This document shows, in pieces, positions 13,121 to 24,345 of a stretch of DNA of 64,000 bases. The stretch covers positions 17,424,001 to 17,488,000 of the forward strand of contig CM052818.1 in assembly GCA_028534125.1 (NCBI GenBank). Reading direction: 5' to 3'. Made by a program: the position numbers and the translations under genes. The DNA is from Lama glama (taxonomy: Eukaryota). The first letter of the stretch is position 1. Every line of letters starts with the position of its first letter. The notes beneath the pieces were generated by a model. The model had not been told where the DNA came from, ran no database searches, and saw nothing but the letters and a program-made list of their open reading frames with translations.

Positions 13121-14386
13121 ATTAAGATATTGTAATAATGTATATATTGTATAATACGTATCTGCAAATATCACCTTTTTTTCCCCAGTGTACACAAGGG
13201 ATTATTTAGAAGGTGAGCTGGAGTGAGATTATTTTAAGAAGTTCATCTGGTGACAAAGTAGGGAAATATGAAAAGTATTTCAACAGCAATTTATTGATAC
13301 TTTTCTACTTACACTATTAATAGATTCATGTATCTGTATGAACCTGAGAAGTTTTTTTATTTTTTATGTCAGGCAGATAAAATGTGGAGATCAGTTTTGG
13401 TGAACATAATCTTACTGCTCCTGAAATTTAGCATACAACATTGATGAATCTTGTTTACTTTCTGTCATTAAATTCATGGTGAATTTCATTATCTAAAATA
13501 CTTCTCTGAATTTATTCTGAGTATGTCGTTTCTCTGGGAAAAGGGTGCTAGAAGAGAAGCTATTTTTAACCTAGTGTATTCTTAGGATATAGATTTCAGT
13601 ATTGCCAAATGGCCCTAAAATGGGCAATAACCAGGCTCACTGGATAGAAGTTCATTGGATCCATAATATATAAAACATTATATATTAAAGAGACATATGT
13701 AATTTACATATATATTATATGTTATACATATTATACATAAATTTATATTGTTAACATTTTAACAAGTGACAAGTTTTTAAACAGTATATGAAAGTTAGAT
13801 CAAGACTAAGCAAATAAAACCTTGCAGACATTATTTCAGATGCCTGTTCTGAGAGCCCGTGATGTCTAGGCTAATTGGGAGACCCAGGTAATTTTACACC
13901 CGCTGTGCTGAGGTGTGATTATGGTAGAGGATAGAGTATACAGGTACTCAGGTTTAGGTAGAGGATATTGCCACCAAGGAGGGAAAGGGATTAGGCTGTC
14001 AAAAGGAATATAATAAGGAGAAATGGACTGAAATTAAGTCAGGACAATTTCAGCTGACTCGGAAGAAAAAAACGTCCTCTGAGATCTTATTATCTTCCGA
14101 CGTACTCTCGCATGGGAAACAGTGAAAATGCCAAAAAGTAGACAATTTAAAATTGGCCTGACCACCTAATGAAGACTTGTAACTGCAAGGACCTGTCCTG
14201 AAGCTGGTTTTCAAAGTCCTAGTTAGAAAAAACTTAATGTGTATGTGTCTGTGTGTGTGTATGTTTATTACATTGTATATATACTTTTATGAATTCATAC
14301 ATACAGTTTTTGCTGAGGGAAATTTTGCAAATAAGAAAGTTTTTGAGAAATTCCTTTGGGTAATGATGACTAACATTTTGTTTGCT

Positions 14387-14863
14387 TTTTAAAAGCTTTA
14401 TCAAAATATATTTCACATATCATACAGTTCACTCCCTCAAAGTATATAGTTCAGTGTTTTTTGGTATACTCACAGAGTTGTGCAGCCATCACCACCATAT
14501 CTGAATTTTTCTATCCCCCCCAAAAGAAGCCCCCCTCCCTCCCTCTTCAGTCCCTAAGCTATCACTACTTTCTGTCCCTGTTCCTTTGCTTATTCTGGAC
14601 ATTTCCTATAAATAGAATCACATAATATATGGTCTTTTGTAACTGGCTTCTTTCATTTAGCGTAATGTTTACAAGGTTCATCGATGTCAACATGTGTCAG
14701 GGATCACTGCCCCATTCCTTTTCAATGCTGAGTAATATTCAGCTGTGTGGCTTTACCACATTCTGTTTATCCATGCATCAATTAAATGGACATTTGGATT
14801 GATTTACTTTTTGACTGTTATGAATAATGCGTCTGTAAACACTTATGTACAAGTTTTTGTATG
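14387..14863 (-). mobile_element. Old L1M (L1MB-like) 3' end
   Basis: agctttatcaaaatatatttcacatatcatacagttcac...cacagagttgtgcagccatcaccac...ctggacatttcctataaatagaatc...ggacatttgg...atgaataatgc is a typical L1MB 3' UTR/ORF2 end in reverse. Confidence 0.88.
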
Positions 14864-15129
14864 CTTAGTGATTAGCTTTTATTTGTGTGTGCGTGTGTAT
14901 GTGTAACTTTACAATATGTATTCTGTACATTGTGTCTGGGGATCCTTGACAGAACTGAACTGCAATGTATATTTAAACTTTAAAAATACTTAGTATCAGA
15001 GCCAGTGCTTTTGTGTAGTCTTCTGTTGATCATTAATATTTAGTCTTACAGTTGAGATAAGGGTAAATTATCTGTTGGGATTATAGGACTGGGGAAGATA
15101 TTTTAATAGCAATCCTTTATGCAAACATC

Positions 15130-15265
15130 ACTTTTCATTTTTTATGGTACTTTTCCCACACATTCTAGGGCACATATGATCATCTCCATTTTGCAGATAA
15201 TAAAACTAATATGTAAAGCTGCTCACAGTGCCCAAAGTCACATGATGTATTAAAGGCAGAATTTC
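15130..15265 (-). mobile_element. MIR/MIR3 fragment
   Basis: catctccattttgcagataataaaactaat...tgcccaaagtcacatga...aaaggcagaa. Confidence 0.6.
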
Positions 15266-15299
15266 CATGAAGTTTAATTGTTTGATGTTTTACTTCAGT

Positions 15300-15500
15300 G
15301 TATCTGGGTTTTGTCTTTTATGAAGGTGTGACTTGGCTGAGATTCTTAATCTTTCCCAGCATCATTTTCCTTATCTTTCTGTGGTAGTGATAATACTTAC
15401 CTCACTTTAAGGATTATTATTATTAGGTGAAAATGGAACAGCTCATGTACAACTCTGTAAATTTTACATGTATAATAAGTGTGCAATAGACATGAGTTGC
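15300..15500 (+). mobile_element. MIR SINE
   Basis: gtgtgacttggctgagattcttaatctttcccagcatcattttccttatct...gataatacttacctcac. Confidence 0.65.
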
Positions 15501-15615
15501 TGTAGTAACAGTAGTACCAGAAGAAATAGTTGTAATAATAATGAGATTAAAATTCTGATTTTATGATAGCTAATCCAGAATTTTTTCTTGCTAAGTAAGA
15601 CTACATTTATATAAT

Positions 15616-15781
15616 TGGCTTGCCATTTGGCTGTTCTGGGCCACCTCGTGTGTATAATTTCACACCTACTCTTCGGCCAAATATAGTCCAAATGCCAAGG
15701 TTTATTCACATACATGAAATCATACACATCCGTATACAAATTAAGTGGCCAAAAATAAGTTCCCGACCAAATGGCAAGTCA
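15616..15781. mobile_element. Probable hAT-type MITE (166 bp) with terminal inverted repeats; family not identified
   Basis: tggcttgccatttgg (15616-15630) and ccaaatggcaagtca (15767-15781) are 14/15 reverse complements. Confidence 0.6.
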
Positions 15782-16520
15782 TATCCAGAAAGGTTTATAC
15801 ACACTCACACAACTAAAATACCAGTTCATGTAACACTTCTCATTTTTAAGGCACCTTTTAAAGGTTGATGTTCTCACTGCACCCAGCAAGCAGCACATTA
15901 GTCAGTGGTCTAATTTCTCTGAGCTCATGGAAATAAACAACTTGGAACTCTTGAAGGACTGACTAACAGAGCCAGTATCTACACTTGAATTAGAAGTTTG
16001 TCTTTTGTGTCTCTTAGCCCTTTTCTTATATTTCTTACACACACAAACACATGTATATATATTTCTTATTTTTTAATTTTAAATGAATGCTCTTTTTGTT
16101 AAAGGAAATATGAAAAAAATTAAAAGGAGAAGGTAGTCATGGACAACATCACTCAAAACTAGGCTACTTTACTTGCAGATTATTGGATTATCTCTACAAT
16201 TTTGAATGCTACTTTTAAAAATTAACTTGATGGTATCAGCATTTTATGTTATGTGATCCTTATTGACATAAAATTAAAGGCTGGTTGTTGGGAGTTGTTT
16301 TCTAATGGTGGATGTCCCATATATTGGCTTAAGTTCACTTTAGTGATCTTTGAGTTGAAAGCTTCATAGCTCATAATTAAAAATTTGTAAAAGTTTTGAA
16401 AAGCATATCTTGTGAAACATTTCACACAGTATTATGTCAATTTTTTCTCAGATTCAGATTGTATTATTTCCTAAGCACTGTAGAATTAAAAATTATTTTT
16501 TCTCCAGCAAAACTGACGCA

Positions 16521-16726
16521 CAAGATTATATGGTATAGCACAGGGAAATATATACAAGATCTTGTGGTAGCTCACAGCAAAAAAAAAAAAAAAAAGTGAC
16601 AATGAATATATATATGTTCATGTATAACTGAAAAATTGTGCTCTACACTGGAATTTGACACAACATTGTAAAATGACTATAACTCAATAAAAAATGTTAA
16701 AAATAAAATAAATAAAAATAAAATTA
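16521..16726 (+). mobile_element. Young L1 3' UTR fragment with A-rich tail and TSD
   Basis: Reverse complement aligns with the L1 ends at 1875 and 2744. Ends actataactcaataaaaaa plus an A-rich tail. TSD aaaactgac(g/c)ca at 16509-16520 and 16727-16738. Confidence 0.92.
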
Positions 16727-17889
16727 AAAACTGACCCAATCACTGCCGCTAGGCATAGGAAAGCCTAATTTCATATCCTGAAGCGGCTAAACAACTTTCA
16801 TCTATAAGGGGGAAAAAAGAAAGAAAGAAGAAGAAGAAAAATCGAAAAGACCTACTGGTTTTTGCAGATATTTCTTTGACATGCCATTTGGAAAGTATAC
16901 TGTACATAATGTTGCACCAATAATAGCATATCTCTGCTGTTGTCTTCCATCCATAAAACTGAGACAGATACAGTTAATCATTTCATGCTAAGAATATGGA
17001 CTTCCACAACATTTCGATATCTCTTGTGAGTTAGAAGTGGAATCTCCATGATGTCTAGGCTAGAATTATGTGCCTGATTTCACCTATTTTCCAATAGACA
17101 GTATCCAAAGAGCAAGGCAAGGATTAACCTACTGTTCAGCATAACCTCTGGAAAAATCAGTTTATAGAAAGTCAGAAGGTAAGGGGGTCAAAAGGGAAAA
17201 GGGAAAAAAATGGCAAAGCTAAGATTTGAAGTCACTACTTCTTACTCAAGCCCTATGCTCTTAACTATTATAGTAGACTAAGCCTACCACCCACTCCTCA
17301 AAAATGTGCATACCGTAAATGTTATGTAAAAACAAATACAAATATGTTGCCTCACCTCCTTTTCTCTCCTGAAATGACATGTGTGGTTAATTGGACTTCA
17401 TACAATCTAATTAAAAATTCTATGTAATACCGTTCTCATAAAGAAGTATGAAAAGGAAAGTAATTTACAACAGTAGTTATAAAATAATATATGTAGTTTG
17501 ATATGTTAATACTCAAGCATAATATAAGAGAAAAGTCAATTAAGGAGTCCCTTGCTTGCACCTGTACACAGAATCTCTGTGAATATGACAGACAGAAATA
17601 CAGTCTGATAAGATACGTTAAATTGGTAACTCACTTACCATCTGTGGTGTTGCAGTCAGTGGTCTGCTTTTCTGATATGATGAACAAATCTTGTTAGTTC
17701 AGAAAAACAGAAAATAATAATAACAAAAGTTTAAGTTTTTTTTGATATCATAGGTGAATTCCTGGAAAATTCAGTATGTATAAAACTCATGCAGTAAATC
17801 TTTGTGTTTATATGTGAAACAGACTCAGCTCACTATAAATGGATTTTTTTTTTTACCTACATGAATATCCAGAGGAATAGTCAAAATTT

Positions 17890-18075
17890 ATATAGGATAC
17901 AGGACAATTTTTTGTGTGAGGCAGAGCCTTGACAAGCATTGGAGTAGGTCTGGGGTATCTGATTTTACCTGTTGAATTTGAATATAACCCTTTCATAATG
18001 TAACTTTACAAATGCAGGCTAACATTTTCAACAGTGCCTTCTAGGGACTGGTACTACTTTCAGTGAAGTCCACGT
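17890..18075 (-). mobile_element. Degraded MER20/MER20B-like hAT element
   Basis: ggacaattttttgtgtgagg...acattttcaacagtgccttctagggactggtactac resembles the MER20-family layout. Confidence 0.4.
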
Positions 18076-18089
18076 TTATATCCTGTACT

Positions 18090-18178
18090 ATTAGGTTTTT
18101 GTTCACTACTGTAATCTAGCACCTAGCACTGTGTCTGGCACATAGTAATTTAATAAATTGTTCTTTAGTGAATGAACA
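18090..18178 (+). mobile_element. L2 3' terminus
   Basis: tttgttcactactgtaatctagcacctagcactgtgtctggcacatagta...aataaatt...gaatgaa. Confidence 0.8.
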
Positions 18179-18884
18179 CAAAGGTGTTCTTTTGACTTAA
18201 CATAGTGTTTTTCATCTTCTCTTTGACATGGACCCACAAATGTGCATTCCAGCCTGACCTCTCTTATGAGCTCAAAAAAAAATCCATTAAAAATGGAATT
18301 TCAACATTAGACTTATATTATAAAGAGGAAAAATTCATTCATCTGAAAGTACCTGAATCATTCAAACATAGACCTGGGTACAAAAGTAAAGTTTAGTAAT
18401 AACAGAAGACACATTCAAGAAAGTGAAGCCCCGTGTCAAAAACTGTAGCGGTGGTTTGGTTTTTGGTCTTTCAGAGCTGGTGTTACATCAAATTGTTAAG
18501 GAAAACTTAACTTGCTGTTGTCACCTTTGTAAAACTTGAGGAAAGTAGTTATTCCTCTTTGACTTCAGTCTGGGGATACTGAGTGTTCAGTCTTTGACCC
18601 TAAGAACTCAATTATTACTTTAATTCAGTTATCAGAAGCCCTGACAATAGGTTTGTTAGCTCTTCACCTCCACTGCGACCTTGAGTCTTCATAGTTTTGT
18701 GTCCATTGTACCCTCTCAGGCTTCCGGAGACTCCCTGCCCTCCCTGAGACCTTCGGTTCCTTCTTCCATTGACATCCAGCCATTTTTAATCTCCAGCCTG
18801 CAATCTGTTGACTCTTTCCTCTCCAGTCGCAGATTGTTGAAAGTTGCCATATGGTTAAAAAAGGAAAACAAAATCCAAAAAACA

Positions 18885-19040
18885 GGAGAGAGGGTATAGC
18901 TCAAGAGGTAGAGTGCATGCTTAGCATACACAAGGTCCTGAGTTCAATCCCCAGTACCTCCTCTAAAAATAAATAAATAGGTAAACCTAATTACCTCCCC
19001 TGACAAAGAACAAACAAATGAAAAAGAAAAAAGAAAAAAA
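18885..19040 (+). mobile_element. tRNA-derived SINE (camelid Vic-1-like)
   Basis: Head gagggtatagctcaagaggtagagtgcatgcttagcatacacaaggtcctgagttcaatccccagtacctcc carries Pol III A box (~18897-18908) and B box (18942-18950). It is followed by aaataaa...aaacctaattacctcccc and an A-rich tail. Confidence 0.92.
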
Positions 19041-19754
19041 ACTCAAAAGACATGGTAATTGGTTCCACTTAAAATTCAGACTTTTCCGCATTCTGACGTC
19101 ACTGCCAAGAGTTTGTATTTAGTTTTACTATCAAGGTTGAAACTATTCAGTCTGTCTTCCCTAATGTTTTTTTCATGTCTACCTATCATTACGTGCATTG
19201 AGACTATCTTTTAAATACTCCACATTCATCTATAAGTGCTCCTCTTTTATGTGTTTTTTTTAAAATTCTAGAAACATATTAATTAGACCAGATATGTGAT
19301 ATAGCATAACAAAGCACCAATGGTCCCAGAAAAGAGACTCAAACTGAAGAGCCTTATGGCAAGAATCCCCTTCTTGCCTCTCAGACAGTCACATTTATCA
19401 CCAGTGCACAAGTTCAATGCTAACTTATTTTGTAATTCTTCCTGCAGTTGCCCATTTGTAATTAATCATCCCTTCCTTTCATTTACCATAACCCTTTATT
19501 TTGTGTATTGTCTCTCAAGTGCACCTAGTATAGTATCTGAGATGAGCATCTCTCTTTTCTCCCTTAATTTGTGGTGTCTTCAAGACTGAAAACTAGGAGA
19601 CGTAGTGCAGAGATGAAATAGTCAATGATTATTTATTGAATAAAAGTAGACTTATTGGTCTTAGAAATCATGGGTGGGAGGAAATAACATTTTCTTAAAA
19701 AATTAAATATAGGTAGCAAAGAGGAAAACTGCAGAGCAATGAACTAGAACAGTG

Positions 19755-19995
19755 TGGTGCCAGCCCTGTAGGCGAGCCACCTTGCAGCAGGTGCTCCAAC
19801 TGCACACAAGCCTTTATGCTAAGTACAGCCACAGTCAAACTGTCCACTGCAGCCTGATGAGACTGAGTCAGAACTGCTCAGTTAAGCTGTTCCTGAATTA
19901 CTGGCCCACAGAAATAGTGTGGATACTACATTTTTATTATAGTTGTAAGCCACTTAGTTTTGTGGTAATTTACTATACAATGGATAACTAGTACA
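19755..19995 (+). mobile_element. MaLR LTR (MLT1F/G-like), 3' part
   Basis: ctgcagcctgatgagactgagtcagaac...cctgaattactggcccacagaaa...taagccacttagttttgtggtaatttactatacaatggataactagtaca is the MLT1 LTR 3' terminus. Confidence 0.85.
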
Positions 19996-20099
19996 CCCCT
20001 TTTTCCTAATGAATCTAGTCCAGTGTGACATGGACTATCTTCTGTAAATGCAGAAGAAATAAGCTGTGAGGAGAAAGCCCTCAGTGAATAATTTTAGAT

Positions 20100-20364
20100 T
20101 AGTACCTGATGCATTATTGTCCCCAGAGTTACATGGATTTACAGCTCCACTGTACCCATGACGTTTGGGAACACCGGAAGTGATAGTTACAAATAAGCAC
20201 TCATTTAGAACATCTCCCACTGTATCCTAACAATGTAATTGTCTCTGTCATTTGTTTGTCGACATCATTAACTGCCTTAGGTTCTAGTTTAATGGACTGA
20301 AGTAGAGCCCATTTTTAGTGCCTCACGGGTGACACTACTGTGTAGCCCGGGCTGAGAATCACTG
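20100..20364. mobile_element. Degraded hAT-Charlie-type element (family uncertain)
   Basis: Ends in ggctgagaatcactg, the typical Charlie/MER terminal repeat. The left boundary is uncertain. Confidence 0.35.
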
Positions 20365-23279
20365 AACTGTCTTCTGATTGTTATATTTTTATGCTCCCCG
20401 TTGGAATCTAATGTACTGCATAGCAGTGAGCATGCTTTTTATCTCTTAGCATAAAATTTGGCACAGTGCCTGGGATAGGGTAGGAAAGCAATAACTATTT
20501 GTTTATTGATCTTATGCACCACAATACATCTTGAAAACAAATTCAGAAGAATGTTGAAATATCTGTCTCAGAAATGAGTCAGTGACAGTTAGCAATAGGA
20601 GTAAAACCAGACAAAGTTTAGTAAAGGGAGGACCAGGGGTAAAGGGAAGGAGGGCTTTTCAAAGGTAGTGCACTCTTATCCGTGGGGACTGATTAAAAAA
20701 AAAAGAAAAATGAAAAAAAAAAAAGAAAACAGCAAGCACAAAAAGAGAAAGAAGGCAAGAGTTGGGCAAGACACTGCTAGCCTAACACAAGTGTCGTGGT
20801 CTCCAGAAAGTTCTCAGGAAAGCTTTTAAATCCAGTGTTCTGAAGGTGTTCTTACTTTTGAAAACCATAGTTCGTGGCACCAAGATTCTGTGTCATTCAT
20901 TGTGTCTGGGTTGTATTATATTCTTATAGAAGTGGTCTAGAGGAAACCAAATGATAGTGTTCCAGATTGCTACAAAGCCTTTGATATATTGGATGTTTTC
21001 GACATTAATGTTAGCTAGTGGGAGAAAAAAGCTGTGAGATTTTTCAGAAGGGTTGTACCGATGAGAGCCTGTTCAGCTTTCTCCATTTATCCTCAGTAAA
21101 TTGTGTGTAGCTGTCTACAGGCTTGTCACAGTGCTTGCCAAAACGTTGATTACTTTATGTTATAGTTAGAAAAGTTCAGGTTCACAATTATGGTCTTCTC
21201 TTCCATTTTTTACATCAAGACTAGTCTCTCTGAAAGAAATAGTAATAGCTTAGAAGACTGTTTCATTGTAGAGATATTAATGAGGCAGATTCATTGTGAT
21301 TCCAGACAGTAGATAAAACAGTTAAAAGCAGCAGAAATAATGCTAGGTTTACAAGCAGTTATTATAGCTAAGACTAAGAGTTCATCTAGATTCCCAAGAA
21401 ACAAATCTAGTAGGCAGCAAAGGATACGATATGCTTTTATGGGCTGCCAAGTATTGCAGAAAGCTTCCAGTATGTATTGTTTGTTGATGCATATTTCCAT
21501 TGCTAAATCAAAATATTTATAGCAATAGGTAATGAGTAGATTGTCATTTTTAAACTACAGAGTAATAAAAATGAAAAATAAACGGATTATTAGCTGAGTC
21601 CAGCAGCATAGTAACTGCCTCTTACTGGGTTCTTCCCTCATCTACTTTCTCATTGCAGACATTGCGAATCATCTTAGAAGGCTGCAGGGATATTAGAAAA
21701 ATTTGTTCAGAAACAGTAATAAAATTACAGTATTCTAATGACTGATTTTTCTGGGATGAATTTTCCACTTTTGTTTTATGAGATTGCCCAGACCAAGAGA
21801 ATAAATTGCATTTAGTGCAGTCTCTCAGGGAGAAATGTGTCTCTTTTTTTGGAAAAGAGAAGTGGACCGTCTTGTATCATTCAGTTTGTTAATGTACTTG
21901 TTCCTATACCTCAAAGTGATATCATAAATTATAAAAATGTGATTGCATGCTCTCTTGCCACTCCTGGAAAGAATTCGTGGACAAATCCTTCATTAAAATA
22001 GCATTATGAGTTTAGCTTGCACTAGAAAATTTAAATAAAGACACGAATATACTCATCATTCCCTTGTTAATGTCAGAGAGAATGATTGTAAGAGAGAGAC
22101 AGAGAGAGATCTCACTTAGGCACACATGTGCTTCCTTCTTATATTTGTGGTTTTTTTTTCCTTGTGTAACCCATAAGCCTTTAACAGTCTTAAATGCAAA
22201 TTCATTTTTCTTTCTGGTTTTCAAAAAGAATATATTCCTCTGGGAGAAGGTGACTAAATTGAAGCAAGCCTAGGTTTAAATTATGATTTCTAAAATACTA
22301 ATTTTTTATGAAGTCTTTACCTAAATCCTTAGACTAAAGTCATTTGGATGAAATCTGGAGCCAGTGATGGATTTATGAACCTTTGGATTCAATCTCTCCA
22401 AACATATTTCTGACTAGAAGGAGCTTTGTTTTATTTCATCCATTGAATGTGAAAGAACGTTGTCCTCTAAATATATATTTCTGTGAGAAATGGTGCATCC
22501 CGGTGACAAGTGTTAACTGGAAGCTCTATGACCCATTTCCAAAGTAGTGCAGAAAGGAGTGTGTGTTCCATACTATCAGGTCCTCAGCTGTGGGCTTTCA
22601 TGACGCTTCATTCTGATAGCACAGGGGCCGTGCTATCCACGGGCAGCCGCTGGGGAGTGTTGGCCAGTCTATGCACCTCTGTGGCTCTGGGGACAAAGGC
22701 AAGCCTTTGTGTCTTTGGAGATATACCTACGCTTTACAATTCACTAAATGTATATACTGACAATCGACCACCTAGCCAAGGGGGTTCTTCAGAAGAAAGG
22801 AATCATCCAGTGTAACTAGGTAGAACTTTCAAAATGTGTGCAACCACGTAAAATCTGAACCTTGAGACCTCACACCAAGCAAATATTTTAGCATGATCCA
22901 TACTAAAGGGAGATCTAGAGTGTTTTGTTTGTTTGTTTTTACCATTGCATCTTAATGATGCCCTGAATAGTAAAGTGCTGCTTCTTTGGTGCCATCAGCT
23001 GTCAAGAGTAATGTTTCTGCTCAAAGTTGGGCAGCAAAATAAACAGGTTAAAAAATTAGGTGTCTATGTATTTTTGAAAAATCATTAAGTTGTCTTTAGA
23101 AAACATAGTTGCTTTTAAAGAACCATTTCTTCATTAGGTTATGAATATCCAAAGAGGTTGGGAAGAATTAAAAGGAATAATTGATGATGAGAAAATACAA
23201 AGGAGACTTTGGAATTACATATGGTTACAGTCGGGAGAGCAACGGAACGAAACATTAGAGCAGTGTTTCTCCCCTACCT

Positions 23280-23400
23280 GTGACGCTGGCTAGCTGTGTG
23301 ACCTTGGACAAGTCACTTTACCCCTGGAGCTTCATCCTGTAACATGTGTAGACTGGATTAAATGCTCTCGATGATCCATTCTTTTCCTAACAACCTCAGA
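23280..23400 (+). mobile_element. MIR3-like SINE fragment
   Basis: ctagctgtgtgaccttggacaagtcactttaccc...ctgtaacat...gactggattaaatgctctc. Confidence 0.7.
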
Positions 23401-23474
23401 CTTCCTATGAATGAGTGTGCCAACAGCTGGAGACTGTTTCTTTTGTGCCTTCATAAAAACCTTGAAGAAAGGGA

Positions 23475-23730
23475 TTGTTCCAGATCAAGCGACATGACAA
23501 TCAAGTGCAAAATATGATTCTAGATTGGGACAACTGGTGAAATTGGATGGGACTGGATTTGATGGTAGTATCATTTTTAAGATAATTTCCCAATTTATCA
23601 GGTTTTACTGTGATTTTGTAGGGAAGTGTCCTTGCCTTTTAGGAAATACACACTGAAGTATTGACAGTGTATCACATCTGCAACTTACTCTCAGTTGGTT
23701 CTGGAGATAGTAATTGTGTATGTGTGTGTA
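23475..23730 (+). mobile_element. Old L1M (L1MC/ME-like) 3' UTR fragment
   Basis: gacatgacaatcaagtgcaa...gtccttgccttttaggaaatacacactgaagtatt...tctgcaacttactctcagttggttc. Confidence 0.75.
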
Positions 23731-23809
23731 TTTATACCTCTTTTGGGGTGGTTGTGTAGACGTAAATTTCTATTTCATTCTAAACTTACCTGCATAATAT
23801 GTAATTACT

Positions 23810-23883
23810 ACCCTTTAAAAAAATAAAGAAACAAACCTAATTACCACTCTCAAAATTAGAAATAAGTAAAAATAAAAATAAAG
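23810..23883 (+). mobile_element. Headless (5'-truncated) Vic-1-like SINE tail
   Basis: ccctttaaaaaaataaagaaacaaacctaattaccac plus an A-rich tail matches the 3' half of the SINE at 18955-19040. Confidence 0.55.
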
Positions 23884-24099
23884 CCCCCAGGAAACCCAAA
23901 GCTTCAGTATTTTAAATTGCTGTTTGGTGATGGCAGAGCCCCATGGATGATCTGAGGGCTTGGGGTTTTCACAGCCCATGTCCACAATGATGCAGGTGAA
24001 TGCACAGGGACGGTAGGAAATTGACCATAGAATGAAGAAAAAGAAATTGTCGAGAAACTTCTAGTGCAGCTGGATACAAACTATGAAGAGACAAATGGC

Positions 24100-24345
24100 T
24101 CAGCTTCATAACCAATCAGAATTTCTTTTTCTATTGAAAAGGTGACAAATAGATGTGGAAAGATGAACTTTTTACATTTTTTATTATTTGCTCTAAAATG
24201 GAGATAAATAGCAAAGGATAAATAAATCTGTGTCATTTTCTTTGATATCGTTTTTTTTAATGAAGTTAAGTTTTGGATCCTTTAACTTGGAATGCTAAAA
24301 AGCAAAGTGGAGTTTTATGACTAGACTTTCAATAAGGCATTTAAA
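24100..24345 (+). mobile_element. Possible L3/CR1 reverse transcriptase relic
   Basis: ctagactttcaataaggcattt (24321-24342) reads LDFNKAF with one frameshift (CR1 motif YLDFSKAFD). accaatcagaatttcttt upstream resembles the TNLISF motif. Confidence 0.35.

Noticed and set aside
18885..18960. tRNA-like sequence with A and B boxes
   Set aside because: It continues into a SINE body and A tail and occurs twice with divergence, so it is a SINE head rather than a tRNA gene.
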